DNA of 64,000 bases, taken from assembly GCF_001447785.1 (NCBI RefSeq), contig NW_015165887.1, forward strand, positions 31,373 to 95,372, given 5' to 3'. The translations under genes and the position numbers were made by a program. This DNA is from Gekko japonicus. Lineage: Eukaryota. Position 1 is the stretch's first letter. Each line of letters opens with the position of its first letter. The notes beneath the pieces were generated by a model. It searched no databases. It had not been told where the DNA came from and saw only the letters and a list, made by a program, of their open reading frames with translations. Below, piece after piece: positions 11,754 through 25,186 of the stretch.

Positions 11754-12773
11754 TCATTCCTTGAACAAGTCAATGGTAGATGTTCTTGTATAAAAGACCT
11801 GACGAGTTAAGACTAGTTTTACAGCTTTCCTAAACCATCGGTAGGAAAACACATAAATCAAGGGGTTGCAGGCAGAATTGAAATAAGCAAACCAAATAAG
11901 AACATCAAACACACTAGGAGGGGTAATAAAATTCACCAGGCTGTCCACCATGGTGTCTATTGTAAAAGGCAGCCAGCACAGGAGATAGATTCCTACAGCT
12001 ATTCCAAGTGTTTTAGCAGCCTTCCTTTCCCTCTTTGTTGCTCCTAATTGGGTCTGAGACCCAATTATCTTATTCGTGTTATTTATCTGCCTGGCTTGTC
12101 TGGTTGCCACAATAAATATCTTGACATACAACCCTATCATTATGAGGCATGGGAAGAAGAAGACTGGGAAGTTTATCCATCCCCAGAGTTTATTGAAGAG
12201 CAGCTGGCAGCTACCAATGCAAGGCACGTCCTGTAAGAACTGCTCTAATCCTTCCTCGATTGCTTTGGTATAAAGGAATATGGAAGTATAAACCACAGGC
12301 ACGCCCCAGCCTATTGCTATATAAATGCAAGCAACCCGGGTGGTGAACTTGGTAGGGTAGAGCAATGGATCACAGATGGCACAGTGGCGGTCAATGGATA
12401 TAAAGCAGAGGTGGAATATTGAGGTCAAGCAAAAGAGCGTGTCCAGAAAGGTGTGGAACCGGCAGAAGTCTTCCCCAAAGTACCAGCAGCCTTCCACTGA
12501 ACGGACCATGCTGAAAGGCAGCACTGTTAAGCCTAGGAGGAGATCTGCCAAGGCAAGTGAAAGTAGTAAGAAATTAGTGGGTGTGTGAAGTGTTTTGAAG
12601 TGGGAGACAGAAATCACCACCAGCAGGTTCCCTAGTACTGTGAGGAACATCCCCATGGCACAGACTAGGTAGACAGCCAACTGGATTCCAAAGGAGTGTA
12701 GAGTTCTGTAGCAAGAGCCATTGATCTCAAAGCATGGTGGGCTTAGAGTTGCACCTTCCACAACAGAGTTCAT
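11754..12773 (-). CDS. TAAR5: Trace amine-associated receptor 5 (class A GPCR, single coding exon)
   Basis: Intact 339-aa 7TM ORF. N-terminus [38 protein letters not shown] motif, Asp3.32 in HTFLDTLFC and TAAR signature NSACNPLIYVFSYRWF match TAAR5 as I recall it. Confidence 0.93.
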   Translation of the reverse strand: MNSVVEGATLSPPCFEINGSCYRTLHSFGIQLAVYLVCAMGMFLTVLGNLLVVISVSHFKTLHTPTNFLLLSLALADLLLGLTVLPFSMVRSVEGCWYFGEDFCRFHTFLDTLFCLTSIFHLCFISIDRHCAICDPLLYPTKFTTRVACIYIAIGWGVPVVYTSIFLYTKAIEEGLEQFLQDVPCIGSCQLLFNKLWGWINFPVFFFPCLIMIGLYVKIFIVATRQARQINNTNKIIGSQTQLGATKRERKAAKTLGIAVGIYLLCWLPFTIDTMVDSLVNFITPPSVFDVLIWFAYFNSACNPLIYVFSYRWFRKAVKLVLTRQVFYTRTSTIDLFKE

Positions 12774-12892
12774 CCTTCTTTCCCAATTCAGCCTGCATTA
12801 AATAGCTCAGATCTGGCGATCTTCATCTGAAAAAGAATGTATCGGGTCACTTAGAAGGTAAAGAAGATGTAATATGTAAAATGATTATCACA

Positions 12893-13160
12893 GAGCCAGT
12901 TTGGTGTAGTTGTTAGGAGCGCGGACTCTAATCTGGGAGAACTTGGTTTGGTTCCCCACTCCTCCACATGCAGCTGCTGGTGTGACCTTGGGTCAGTTAC
13001 AAGTTCTTTCAGAGCCGTTCTCTCATAAGCAGTTCTTGAAGGAGATTTCTCAGCCCCACCTACCTCACAAGGTGGCTCTTGTGGGGAGGGAAAGGGAAAA
13101 GAGATTGTAAACTGCTCTGAGACTGCTTCAGGTATAAATCCAATCTCCTCTTCCTCCTCA
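12893..13160 (+). mobile_element. tRNA-derived squamate SINE; partial second copy at 11517-11701
   Basis: GAGCCAGTTTGGTGTAGTTGTTAGG A box, GGTTTGGTTCCCC B-box-like, (TCT/TCC)n tail shared with 11517-11701. Confidence 0.75.
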
Positions 13161-16100
13161 TCTGGTTGAGTTATGTGAAGTTCAACACACTGATCTAGGA
13201 ATGGGTGATCATGTACCCTGATGAAGTCCCATTGGCTTTCTATAGAAACCAACTTCTGTTTCCTCTGGAATAATTCATCTGGAATAGTTAGTTTCAGAGA
13301 GTGGCCATGTTGGCCTGTAGTAGAACAACTAGATTTGAGTCCAGTAGCACTGACCAAGAAGCTTTTTTGGGGTATAAGCTTTTGAGTGTCAAAGCTCCCT
13401 TCATCAGATACCTTTGTCAGATCCGGAATAGTTAGTATCCCTGGTTCTGTTGCCACTATAGTCACGAAAAGAGACCTGCACGGCTCTGAAACTGTGGAAG
13501 AAATCCATCTCATGTGCTGCTGGATATTTCTGACTGACAACATGCTCAATATTTTCACTGTCAGATCAGGTCGGCAATATCTGATATGATGGAAGACACT
13601 CCCTATATTCCCAATGCCAACATTGCCTTCCGAATAAATATCAGAATATTGGAATTGGTAATGGTGTAGGAGAGGCAGCAGTAGCAGTGAAGAGGAGTGT
13701 GTGTACCCCAGCTTGTCTGTGGTGCATTGGCTCTATAAAGTTTAAAGAGGCATTATTTGCAATGGGTAGAGATCTGGCCTCTGCAGTTCAGAAGCCACTT
13801 CTACCACCCACTGAAGATTGTCAAAACCAGGCCCTTTTGTGGGAATGGAGTCCCTGGACTTACCTCACAGCCAATCTTAGGGCCACTTATGGCCCCACTG
13901 GTCATTCCAAAGCAATACTGCATCTTGCTGAAAGTTCCAGGTCTGCACTGTGCCCCACGAAGGACTCCAGGGCCACATTCTAGCCCCTTTAAGGAGCTGC
14001 TGATATAGAGGCAGCTGAGTCTACTCCTCAGAGTCCCATGAAGCTTCTCTGCACTCAGCAGCAGCAGGCTGCAAGTGGGGTGCAGTGCAGCCTGAGAGCT
14101 GCTAGTGGGGCTGTAAAAGGCCAAAAGATGGGCTGTGAGGTAAGTCCAGGACTCTGTTCCTAGGTGAGGTCCCTGCTGTGGACAATCTTCAATGAGCACT
14201 AGATAGGGATGCCAGCTTCCAGATGGGGCATGAAGATCTCCCAGAATTACAACTGATCCCCATATGACACAGATGAGTTCCCCTGGCAAAATGTCTGCTT
14301 TGGAGGGTGGGCTCTATGGCACTGTACCCTGCTGAGGTCCCTTCCCTCCTCAAATCCCACCTTTCCCAGGCTCCAGCCCCAAATCTCCAGGAATTTCCCA
14401 ACCCAGAGCTGGCAACCCTAGCAGTAGACCTGGCCTCTGAACTCTGGAGGTCAGGTCTACCTCTCATAGAAAATAATGGCCTATTATATTGTAAAGGCCA
14501 ATGCATTGTGGACCAGCTGGGTGCCAGAGGGAGCTTTCGCACTCTATTCCCTCCCTGCTTCTGCTGTCTTGGGGGGGGGGGGGGGGGGGGGGCTTCAAAA
14601 ATTACCATTTTAATTTCCTTTAAAATGGTACAATCATGGACTTCACTAAACTGGGGGAATTGTTCCAGTATCTTTCATGACTTCCCAAGACAATAACAAT
14701 GCTCTTTAATCTTATGTTGGTATCTAGCTGTTTAAAGGCAATCTTTTGCTTGCACTGTGACAACTGCCACAGCATCATGTGATAGAAAAGGAAGGCATTG
14801 CTAGACTGACCCACTTGCACATTGGGAAACAATGGGAAAAAACATTTGTTACAGTATATACACTTGAAATCACAAGTACGCATAAGTGGATTCTATGTTG
14901 CCTGCATTTCACTCTTCTTGATTTTTAACCAGGGGGATTTCAAAAATCAGTGTGCAACTTGGAGCATGCACAGCTTGCCTTCAGGTCATTTGCATCTCTC
15001 CCCCATCTTCTTATATAACCAATATAAGCACAAGCATTGATTTTAAAAACAAAAACCAAAACCCCTGCAAGGAAAGGCATTTTGACATGACTATATGTAG
15101 GATCTCAAAAATAGTTTTTTTTTTTTAAAAAAACACATCCCTCAATGTTCTGAGATGGGAAAATATCATACCAAATCATGCAAACTGTTGTATATATATG
15201 ATTACACCAGGATTGCTTCCTTGTACTGTTTTATCAATGTACAGATGCTCTAGTCTCGAATGACATAGAAAGGGTAGAATGGGAGGACACAACTGAAAAC
15301 TTCAGCAAGTGGGATGAGGAATAATTTGGAAGTATCTCGAGCCACAGGCTATATTAGAACATGAAGATTTTGAAGTGGGAATCTTTTCCTTTGGTCATGT
15401 AGTGAAGAACCTCCTTGTGTGGTTTTCATGTACCACAGAAGCAGAAACTCTGATAGCCAGGAGTTAAATGCAGGGGGGTGAGGCCAGTCTCTGCACCTGA
15501 CCAAGGAAACAACTTTTGCAGACATTGTATATTTGGAAAGCCATGACAACAGCTGCTGTTCATGTCAAACATGAAGTAAATGTAAGCAGGTACCTTTCTA
15601 TAAAAAACACTTGTTGATGTGCGTTACCTAAATGTGCATTGAATGGCCTTATTATCTGTTGTAGAGTAAATGTATAAACATAAAACAGATATTATGCTTT
15701 TTTGATAGAGACATAATAGTTCATTGTTCAGGAACATCCATGCATATTCACAGAGGAATTTCATTTAACAGTAGCTCAGTTTTTGTGCACATCTTATTAA
15801 TGAAGATAATAGTTAATTACTTATATGACAAAGAGCACAACAGGGTTTTTTGCAAACCAAGGAGCAATGCTTTCTGAAAAACCTTTTCTACTGTAAGCTG
15901 CCAGGGCAAGAAACTGTCTTCTTGTTTTTACTCTTTCAATGCCAGACACACAGATTGCATTGGATGCATGCCATTTACTCAAAATTGTCAATAGCAAGTT
16001 CTTAATTTCAGATTCTACAGTTTTTTAAAATGAAGGATCAACTTGTGTCCCTCACATCTAGACATTGTAGCCGTATAAACAGAAAGTATCACAGGCTGAG

Positions 16101-18104
16101 AATTTCTTGTCCAATACATTTTATAACTAATTGTATGACTATTGACGTACGGACTGGTGTCATTGTTTAATATTTAAACTACTGCTTTACAAAGCAAATA
16201 AAGTAGGATGAACAAACTGCACAGTAATATGCGTAGCATTTGTAATGATGGAAAATTCCAAGATCTTTTTGTTGTCTTTTTATCCCCCAAATCCAACAGT
16301 CAGCTTGTATCATTTGAAGAGACAAGTTTCTTCCACTGAGACAGAAAAAAACACACATATTTTTTTTAAAAGTTTAGTAAAATGCAAGGGAAGCTGATAA
16401 ATAGGTCTCTGTTCGGGTTGTAGGAATACTCAGTTCCCTGTATAGGGACTGAAATACCACTACAAAACTCACAGTACACTGGTTTACCTGCTAGAGTCCT
16501 CTGCACTGGTCTCCAAGATTCTCTTCTAACAATGCCTTCATTCCAGGTCTGGGAAGTAGAAAAACAACTGATCCGATCCCTTATATAGTTTGAACAAACA
16601 GTTGTCTCTAATGAACAGTGTGTTTGAAGGGTGTGGCCACAAAGCATGTATGTTCAACAATAATTCTGCTTGCTTTATAGTCCTGAAGCTCACAAACAGG
16701 TCCACTTGATTATTATTTTTTATGTTAACAGCTGGATAATGAATTGGCTATGAATTTCTGCCATGTAATAGATTTAACCTTCCAAACTGTCCTGACTTTA
16801 TTTCTCTAGTTCAGTGTGTTCTATCTTACCTCTAGGCCTAAATAAGGATTTTGTTATCACTACTTTAACAAGTAAGTGACAACTCTAAGCATTTTAGGAT
16901 TGTCTTCATTTTTTTGTGCCAGAGCAATGATATGCTTTTAGTATTCAGTGTGAATTTTATCTGCTAAATATCACTTTTAAAATACATTCCGGACATAGAC
17001 ATTGTGTTGGATCCTATGAATCTATCTACTAGAGCAAGAAATATGCTGGCAGAAAAGGCATGAGAGTGGATTTTGGCCACTTTCTCCTCCTCACTGAGGT
17101 CACCAATCACTATGCGCATCCCACAGCCCTGGCGTACCCTTTAGAGCATTCACAGGCAGTTGCTGGAAGAAGGGGAAGGTGGAAAGATCAATTTGCACCA
17201 GTGCTTTCTGCACATGATACATAGGATCCAACCCATAGCTTAAAATATATACTGCCGGTTACTTCTAGAAAGGCTGGGACTGGACACAGGCTTAGATTTA
17301 CTTGCTGAAGCACAGTCAGACCTTAAACATGCATGTTTTATCTAAGTCACCATGAAGCTGTGACGGTCAATAAAATGGCTAAGCACAGAGGACAGAGCAA
17401 GCTTCCTTAAACAGTTTGGTTCTACTTATAAGAAGCATTTATATGAGAAATGAGAATTTGCTCAGACAGGCAAATAGTTATTTGTATTAGGCATGTTATT
17501 TGTATTAGGGATGTCAGCCAGAGAGAGTCAATGCTACAGGGGACTTTCAGATTTGTTACTGCATTCCTGGTACAGATCACAAGAATGCTTCTTTCATTGC
17601 AAGGTGCATATGAACAACTAGAACTTGAATGTGGAAATATGATCAAGACAAGAAATACAAAAGAAATTGCAGCAAAAATCAACAATTGCTCTTCTTGGAG
17701 CAAAAATCAACAATTGCTCTTCATGACACTCCAGGACTGTTTCGTTTATTTAAAACATTTCAATACCACTTTTCAGTAATAAATTCAAATTGATTTAGAG
17801 TGCTCTGATTGGATATTAGTAGGACACCTATTGGAGTAATTGCTTTCAGCATCACCAGAACAGAAAAAGTGATACGGGGAAGTGCTACCAACAGATCTGC
17901 TCTGAGTAGGGATCCCAAATCCCCCCGGGGGGCGGGGAAACCTCCGCCCCAGAGGCCCGTTCCCCGGCGCCACCAGATTGGGCCCCGGGGGGAACTCCTC
18001 CCCGACGTGCACGTCACCTGGAAGTGACGCGGGCACACTGGGCACGCTGGGGGCGGGGCCACAGCCATACAAGGGAAAACTCTATGGTTTTCCCTTGTAT
18101 GGTC

Positions 18105-18530
18105 NNNNNNNNNNNNNNNNNNNNNNNNNNNNNNNNNNNNNNNNNNNNNNNNNNNNNNNNNNNNNNNNNNNNNNNNNNNNNNNNNNNNNNNNNNNNNNNN
18201 NNNNNNNNNNNNNNNNNNNNNNNNNNNNNNNNNNNNNNNNNNNNNNNNNNNNNNNNNNNNNNNNNNNNNNNNNNNNNNNNNNNNNNNNNNNNNNNNNNNN
18301 NNNNNNNNNNNNNNNNNNNNNNNNNNNNNNNNNNNNNNNNNNNNNNNNNNNNNNNNNNNNNNNNNNNNNNNNNNNNNNNNNNNNNNNNNNNNNNNNNNNN
18401 NNNNNNNNNNNNNNNNNNNNNNNNNNNNNNNNNNNNNNNNNNNNNNNNNNNNNNNNNNNNNNNNNNNNNNNNNNNNNNNNNNNNNNNNNNNNNNNNNNNN
18501 NNNNNNNNNNNNNNNNNNNNNNNNNNNNNN
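18105..18530. other. Assembly gap
   Basis: N run, preceded by a GC-rich transposon end and a hairpin. Confidence 1.
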
Positions 18531-19053
18531 TCACGGTCAGTACTATCAATAAAACGGGACATTCAATAAGCAAAGCATTGGGATTTTCACAGACTGAACC
18601 ACCAGCAATACCTGAAGCATAGCCTAAATATTAACCTGACACATTCAGTGGTACAAAAATTACATAGCAGGAACATACTTACAATAAGCTATATATAGCA
18701 GTATTGACCATGGTCTCGAATCATTTATCCAAGAAAGTCTGTGAACCATAGTGTACTCTATTATGTGCACAGAAAAGCTCTCTTGAATAATTCAGTTTTT
18801 GCAGTTTGTGGAAAGCCAGGGGAGCGGGAGCTTTCCTGACCACCTCGAGCTGCCAGATCTGTGAGACCCCTAGAGCAAAAAAGGACCACACAATCTTTAT
18901 GCAGTGATCCAAGACAACAAGGTTGTCCTGGTATCTACCAGTTTTTACTCCCTACTTATTAGCTATGTTCCTGCTCTTATTCTGCTCTTGCAGAAACAAG
19001 GATAGCTTCTGAGTGCTAGGCAGAGAGGAAGGATCTGTAGGTACAATGACAAC

Positions 19054-19260
19054 CAGTGTTCCCTCTAAGCTGAGTTAGTGTGAGCTAGCTCACAGTTTTC
19101 TAGCCTCCAGCTCACAGGTTTTTGTCTTCGCTCAGGAAGGATGGCTCCAGAACAAAACTAATTTCTGCAGTAGCCAAATTGCTCCCTCACAACTTTAATG
19201 CCAGGAGCTCACAAAGTGGAATTTTGGCTCACAAGACTCCACAGCTTAGAGGGAGCATTG
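19054..19260. mobile_element. hAT MITE (CAGTGTTCCCTCTAAGCTG family)
   Basis: TIRs and perfect 8-bp TSD ATGACAAC. Confidence 0.9.
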
Positions 19261-22200
19261 ATGACAACCCTATTGTCTTGGGTTAAAGATAACAGATCCC
19301 CCCCCCCCGCGCTGTCTTTAATCCTTGTGTTGTTTATTTCTCTGCTTGGAATTACTACATAAAAGAATAAAAAACTTAATTTTTTTAAAAAAGATAACAG
19401 ATTTATTCAGTCTTTGTCTTAACAGAAGCTTTATGCCACAGGCATAAGTGTAGGGTGACTGCTATTCTGTCTGAGGTGAACAAGAGGCTAGGCAGGAAAA
19501 GGGTCCTTCATGAGCAGGGACCAGGTGGCACTTGTAATTATAGGTTGATTGGAGTCTCTACAAGCAGAACACCCCTTGATCAGGACTGGTATCTTGGCCA
19601 GGTAGCTGGAGGAGGTTATGTAGAAAGTACAACACTTCAGAATCTGGTCTAGTCGATGCTGTTGAATTAGCAAATATCCCAGCCAAGAAGAAAGGTTAAA
19701 TTCATGGTTTTAGAGGAAAGCAGCTTTCCCCTTCCTATGTGACATCTCTGGGGGCTCATCATGGAAAAAGTTAGATGGGCTCTGATTCTGCTAGGAACTA
19801 TAGATGTGGGGCAAGATTCTTGCTTGGTTGTATCAGCATGGTCTATAAGTCAGGTACTGCTTCCATACAGGACCACCATCTCATGAGTGTGCTGTTTCTG
19901 GTGATCTTGGTGGTGAAGAGGAAGATCTGGGGAGCAGGTGTGGCCCATCCTTGTCCAATCCTCTAAGACCTCTGGATCTAGGTGACCAAGTACTATGGAG
20001 CTCTGGCAGAGTTTGGAATCTTCAACAGAGGACCAGTCAATTCCCAGGTGTTCCTTCTGCCCCTCAGATGAGGGATGGACTCTAGATTGGAGGGTTGCTT
20101 AAATTCTGGCTGCACCACAAAACTTTCTGTTATACTGTGATTCAAAAATGCAAATGTAGTTCCTTAGGAGGAGGAGGCAGTGTCCATACTTACTGATTTG
20201 GCTACCAACAATGAGAGACAGTTTGGGGTGGGGTTTGAATGCAGAGGAAGGAAACAAGTATGTGGATAGAGTAAAACATGCAATTTGACTTCCAGTTTCA
20301 TTTGGGCAAGCCATAGACCTCTACCTGATCTGCCCACTGGACAACAAAACATGGAGAGTATAATATGTGTGGTTGGCCATGATTTATGGTACACATAAAC
20401 TTGGCAATGTGTGTGGTTGGCCATGATTTATGGTACACATTATAAACTTGGCAATGCAAGGACATTGCCATTCATCTGTGGCTGCATCTGTGGCTGCTGC
20501 TTTTAGTTTGGGATTTTTTTAGTTTTCATTCTGATAATGTTTTATTATTTTTATGCTGGGTTATTGCTTTTAATGGGTTGGATGCTTCCAGCTTCCTGCT
20601 GGTGCAAATCTTTCCCAATTGCCCTCATTACTGCAGTGCCCCCCCTCCCGGCATGTATTTTTCCAGGAAGGTCCCCAATTTTTTCCCCAGGGTATGGAGC
20701 AATTGCTGGAGGAAGAAGAACAATCTGATATAGAGTACATAAAAAGAATATTATCAAGAAGTCCCCAGTCTGAACTTAAATCTTTCTGCAAAGAGGTATA
20801 CTTGAAATAGTTTTAGTAAAGACATTTCCAGAAAGAATTCACAGGGATATAACAGCTGCTTTCAATAGCTAATCCTTTGATTATATTATTTTGCTGCATC
20901 TTCTGAGGCATTTGCTTCAGATAAAAAATGTTTGTCTCCCATGGGAAATGTCAAATCCAAACAATTATTTCAGTTCAACTCCCTGAAGAGCTCTGTTCTC
21001 TGTTCAACATACAACTGTAAGTAAACCCAGACTTTAAGTAGAGGAAAAAAAGAGAGTGCTACCTATCTTTTTCAAGAGAGTTTGAATATTCTGGGTCTAT
21101 TGAAGCCATAACAAAACTTCTCTTGATTTCAAAGGTGTGAGTGTATAAAGACACGTGAATTGCAGATTTTGAAAAGAAGTTCTGCCAAAGCACAAATATT
21201 GAAAAAACATATTATTTGAGAATCATGGCTCATAATGTTGGAAAATGCACGGTCTATCATGTACAGATAAAGAAGTTGACAAAAACATCCTGCAGGGGTC
21301 AGCAGAGGGGACAATTAGTTAGCATAATGAGACTAGGGACTACCTACTATTTTCCTGTCTACTGATTAGGGTTTTTCCTATTCCCGCTGAGATCCTGTAT
21401 GTTCCCTCAAGAGCACTGCGATCGGGGAATTTCCATCGCCTTGAAGTACCAGGCCCCCGAGTCGTGAAGCTGTCCCAAACCAGAGCCAGGGCATTTTCAG
21501 TGGCAGCTCCTACCTGGTGGAATGAGCTCCCGGAGGAGATCTGGGCCCTGCGGGACCTTGTACAGTTCCGCAGGGCCTGCAAGACGGAGCTCTTCCGCCA
21601 GGCCTTTGAGTAGGAGCCGCTGCCACCACTATTCCATCACCGAGATTTCATCTTTCATCTACCACACTGTGAGGGGGCGGTAGGTGTCGCCCGATTGAGC
21701 CTGGGAAACAGCACTCCTGACACTCATGCTTTTAAAGAATTTCTGCCACCAATGTGATTCGTCGCACATCTAGGTTAATTTATGTAAATTATTGTAGCAC
21801 CGGTTTTAGCTTGTATATAACATTGTTTTATTGTCTTAAATTTTACATTATTGTCTTAAATTTTAATAAACCAGCTTAATTCTTTAAACAGCTTGTGCTC
21901 CCTTTTACTGCATATCTATACTCTGCAAACACATAAGACATATGTTGTTCACATGGAAATTAAATCCCAACTAAAGTCCATCTTTCAGCTTATGTATTTA
22001 ATATTCTGCTTCTGAATGCTAAAAATTATAATTGATAATTTCCAGAAACCCTTGGAAATAACTGGTGACTTACTGGCTGATTTTTAACTTGCAGAGGTCA
22101 GGCAGGAAAGTTGAAGGCCAGTGATGGAAGAAAGTGACTCAGCCCAGTGTCAGGGGAGCCTACCAATCATAAATTAAAAGAACCAATAGTAAAAGGTTAA

Positions 22201-22990
22201 AACAATGAAACCATAAAAATATTCACTAGTAAACATCAATTATGCAATAAAATAAGCAGCAATAGCACAAGCCACCTAATCAATTACAAGCAGGGAAAAT
22301 AGGAGATAAGCAAAAAAACCCAATAATCCTTGAGCAAAATGCCTGGGTAAAAGAAATACCTTTACCTGGTGCCAAAAGTTTAATAGCTTCAGAACCAAGT
22401 GAATTGGTGTGCGTGTGTGTGTGCATGTTTAAAGAGCCTCAAGAAAAAATCCCTATCTTTTGTGGCTCTCCACCTTACTTCATAAGGCGGGACCTTAGCA
22501 CATGGGAGCTTTACTTCAGAAGGTGGAAGCCATGGATAATCTTAACTAGCATACAGGCTCCAACGGGAGCAAGGAGTCTTTTAAATATTCCAACAGCAGC
22601 CATTTGGGGCTTTAAAGATAATGACCAGCACTTTGAATTGGGTGAAGAAGTAAACCACAGGCACTATAGTTATTTTAAGACTGCCAAGGTATGTTCCCTG
22701 TAACTTACTTCAGCCAACAATCTTGTTGCTGGATTTTGACCCAACTGAGGCTTCCAAACAATCTTCAAAGGCAGCTCCATACACACTGTACTATAACAAT
22801 CAAACCTGGTTGTGATGAGAGGATGGATACTGGTGGGCAGATGTTGCTTTTCAATGGAAGTCTGCATCTGAACCAACTAAAATTGGCCAAAGGGGTACAC
22901 ATTGCAAGGGGCACAAGCATGAAGCCAACAAAAAGCAGAGCAGGAATTGGCCATCAGTTGTGGATCTCCACAGGAGGCAGAAAGGGCCTG

Positions 22991-23200
22991 TAGGCGATTT
23001 CTCACTAGAGCTGCCTCGCAGCACAACGCCGTTTGCCCCAACACAAACATGTCAATTTCACACCCGAGGCTGCGGGGCTGCATTTGACTTGGGGCTTCGC
23101 CCGATTTCCTCCGCAGTTTCATGATCCTCAAAAACCATTGTGATTGTGTTGGGGCAAAGGGCGCTGTGCTGTGAGGCAGCTCTAGTGAGAAATCGCCCTA
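22991..23200. mobile_element. Palindromic MITE (PIF/Harbinger-like)
   Basis: About 40-bp TIRs GGCGATTTCTCACTAGAGCTGCCTC...GAGGCAGCTCTAGTGAGAAATCGCC. Confidence 0.75.
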
Positions 23201-24148
23201 GAATGTGGGAGCTTCAACCTGTCTCTTGTGTAGTCCTCTGCTTGGTCCAGGCTTAAGCTTCTTCCACCTTTTTTGTTCCTAGAGGAGATACTGCATATGA
23301 ATGTGTCCACCCAGGAGGTTCCTAGTTTTCTTGTTCCACGGGAGTCTTGAACAGGAGGCTGCTGTTAGAGAGGAGGCAGAGGGGTCTTCTCTGGAGCTTC
23401 CATAATGCATGAAGTCTCAGGCATGGTGGGGACCTATGTGCAAGATTCCTTTCAACAATACACATTCTAAAAACAATGAATCAGTAAAACAATAAAGTAA
23501 GATTAAGAATTGAAGCAAAACCAGAGAAAAATGCAGTGAAAAGTATTTAAAACAGCAACTGATGAAACCAATAAAAACCTACTAAAACACAGAACATGTT
23601 ATGTAGTGGGTTCCCTCTGAGAACTCGTGCCTTACCGCTCATCTTTTATTGTCACAGTCCTATGCTAGCTTCAGTCCTGAGTATTTCCAGCTAAAGAATT
23701 TCGGGCCACAAATTGGGATTCCTAGAGTCTGAAGCCTTGAAAAGCTGTTTCCAGTCAAAATATACAGAACTGAGCCAGGTGGACTAATGGTCTGACTGAG
23801 TCCAATGCATCTACATATACGAAAGCCATACATGGACGCTGTGCTAATTTTGGCCTTGAGATTAATGTGGATTGTTTTTGGAACACCTTGCTGGTTCTCA
23901 GATGGAGAGCAGCATAGGAACATTAAGTGGAAGAGCAAAAATGATAGCATCCCAGGGTCCAGATTAGCAAAGATGTCAATCCACTATCAGAAACTGGGGG
24001 GACCCCCAATACAGTTGAGAACAAAGCACACAAACCCCTTTAGATCCAACCTCAGTTTCTGTTTTGTTTTTCTGTTGCATAAACTATCCACAATGACAAT
24101 GTAATAATAGTGGGCTGATAAACATTGACCATTTAGTATTACAAATTT

Positions 24149-25186
24149 TTAAACACCTGCCCCAAAGAGATTCACTGCAGAAGAATTTCTTCTGAAGATC
24201 GTTCCTGTCACAATCATTTTAAATGTTTTGCGAAACCAAGGGTAAAATAAGCCATAAATGATGGGATTACATGTAGAATTGAAATACCCCAGCCAGAGAA
24301 AGGCATTGTACAAACCCTCAGGGGTTGAGAAACCAATGTAAGGGTCTGTTATGGTAAGAACAAAAAAGGGTAACCAGCATAGAACAAATGCTCCCATTAC
24401 TATGCTTAATGTCTTAGTAGCTTTGCTTTCTTTTTTAGTACAAAATTTCCCTTTTCTGTCAGATTTTGATGCGTGTGGAATCCGAGCGATTTGTGTTGCA
24501 TGCTTGTTTGCCACTTTAAATATGTGGAGATAAATGCCCACCATGATTGTTCCAGGAAGAAAGAAGGCTATGAAAGAAGCCATTACTCCCCAGAGCTTAT
24601 TAAATATCAGTGAACAAAAGCCATAGCAATATAGAGAGTCCACATAGTCTTCAATACCATCAATATTTAGTTCTGAGAAAACTAGGCCAAACGCAAACAG
24701 GATTGGGACAGACCAACTAATCAATAAAAAAACTTCAACAACGGGAATAGTTATCTTGGTAATGTAATGAAGGGGAGCACACACGGCATAGTAGCGGTCA
24801 ACAGAGATAAAGCACAAATGGAAAATGGAAGTGGTACACAGCATGATATCACAACAGGTATGAACTTTGCAGAAGAGGTCACCAAAGTACCAGCACGAGT
24901 CAATTGACCTCGCCATACTGAATGGCATCACCGTGAGGCTGAGCAAAAAGTCTGTGGTTGCCATGGAGCAGATGAGAATGTTGGTTGGTGAATGGAGCTG
25001 TTTGAAATGGAGGATAGAGATAATCACAAACATATTTCCACACATAGTAAGCAGTATGGCCCCCACCATAAAGAGATAGATAACAAAAAGGCTGATTGGA
25101 GACCTCAGATTTTTAGGACATGAATTATTCACAAATTCAAAGCAGTATTGCACATCCAATGAGCCCCAGAGTGTGGTTGAGTTCAT
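24149..25186 (-). CDS. TAAR4: Trace amine-associated receptor 4
   Basis: Intact 345-aa 7TM ORF. SCWYFGDLFCKVHTCCDIMLCTTSIFHLCFISVDR closely resembles mammalian TAAR4. Signature NSTCNPIIYGLFYPWF present. Lies between TAAR5 and TAAR2, as in mammals. Confidence 0.88.
   Translation of the reverse strand: MNSTTLWGSLDVQYCFEFVNNSCPKNLRSPISLFVIYLFMVGAILLTMCGNMFVIISILHFKQLHSPTNILICSMATTDFLLSLTVMPFSMARSIDSCWYFGDLFCKVHTCCDIMLCTTSIFHLCFISVDRYYAVCAPLHYITKITIPVVEVFLLISWSVPILFAFGLVFSELNIDGIEDYVDSLYCYGFCSLIFNKLWGVMASFIAFFLPGTIMVGIYLHIFKVANKHATQIARIPHASKSDRKGKFCTKKESKATKTLSIVMGAFVLCWLPFFVLTITDPYIGFSTPEGLYNAFLWLGYFNSTCNPIIYGLFYPWFRKTFKMIVTGTIFRRNSSAVNLFGAGV

Noticed and set aside
12851-13558. 235-aa ORF upstream of TAAR5
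   Set aside because: Runs antisense through a SINE and other repeats; no protein motifs.
18065-18102. Perfect hairpin CCATACAAGGGAAAAC...GTTTTCCCTTGTATGG as an ncRNA or terminator
   Set aside because: Part of a GC-rich transposon end adjoining a gap.
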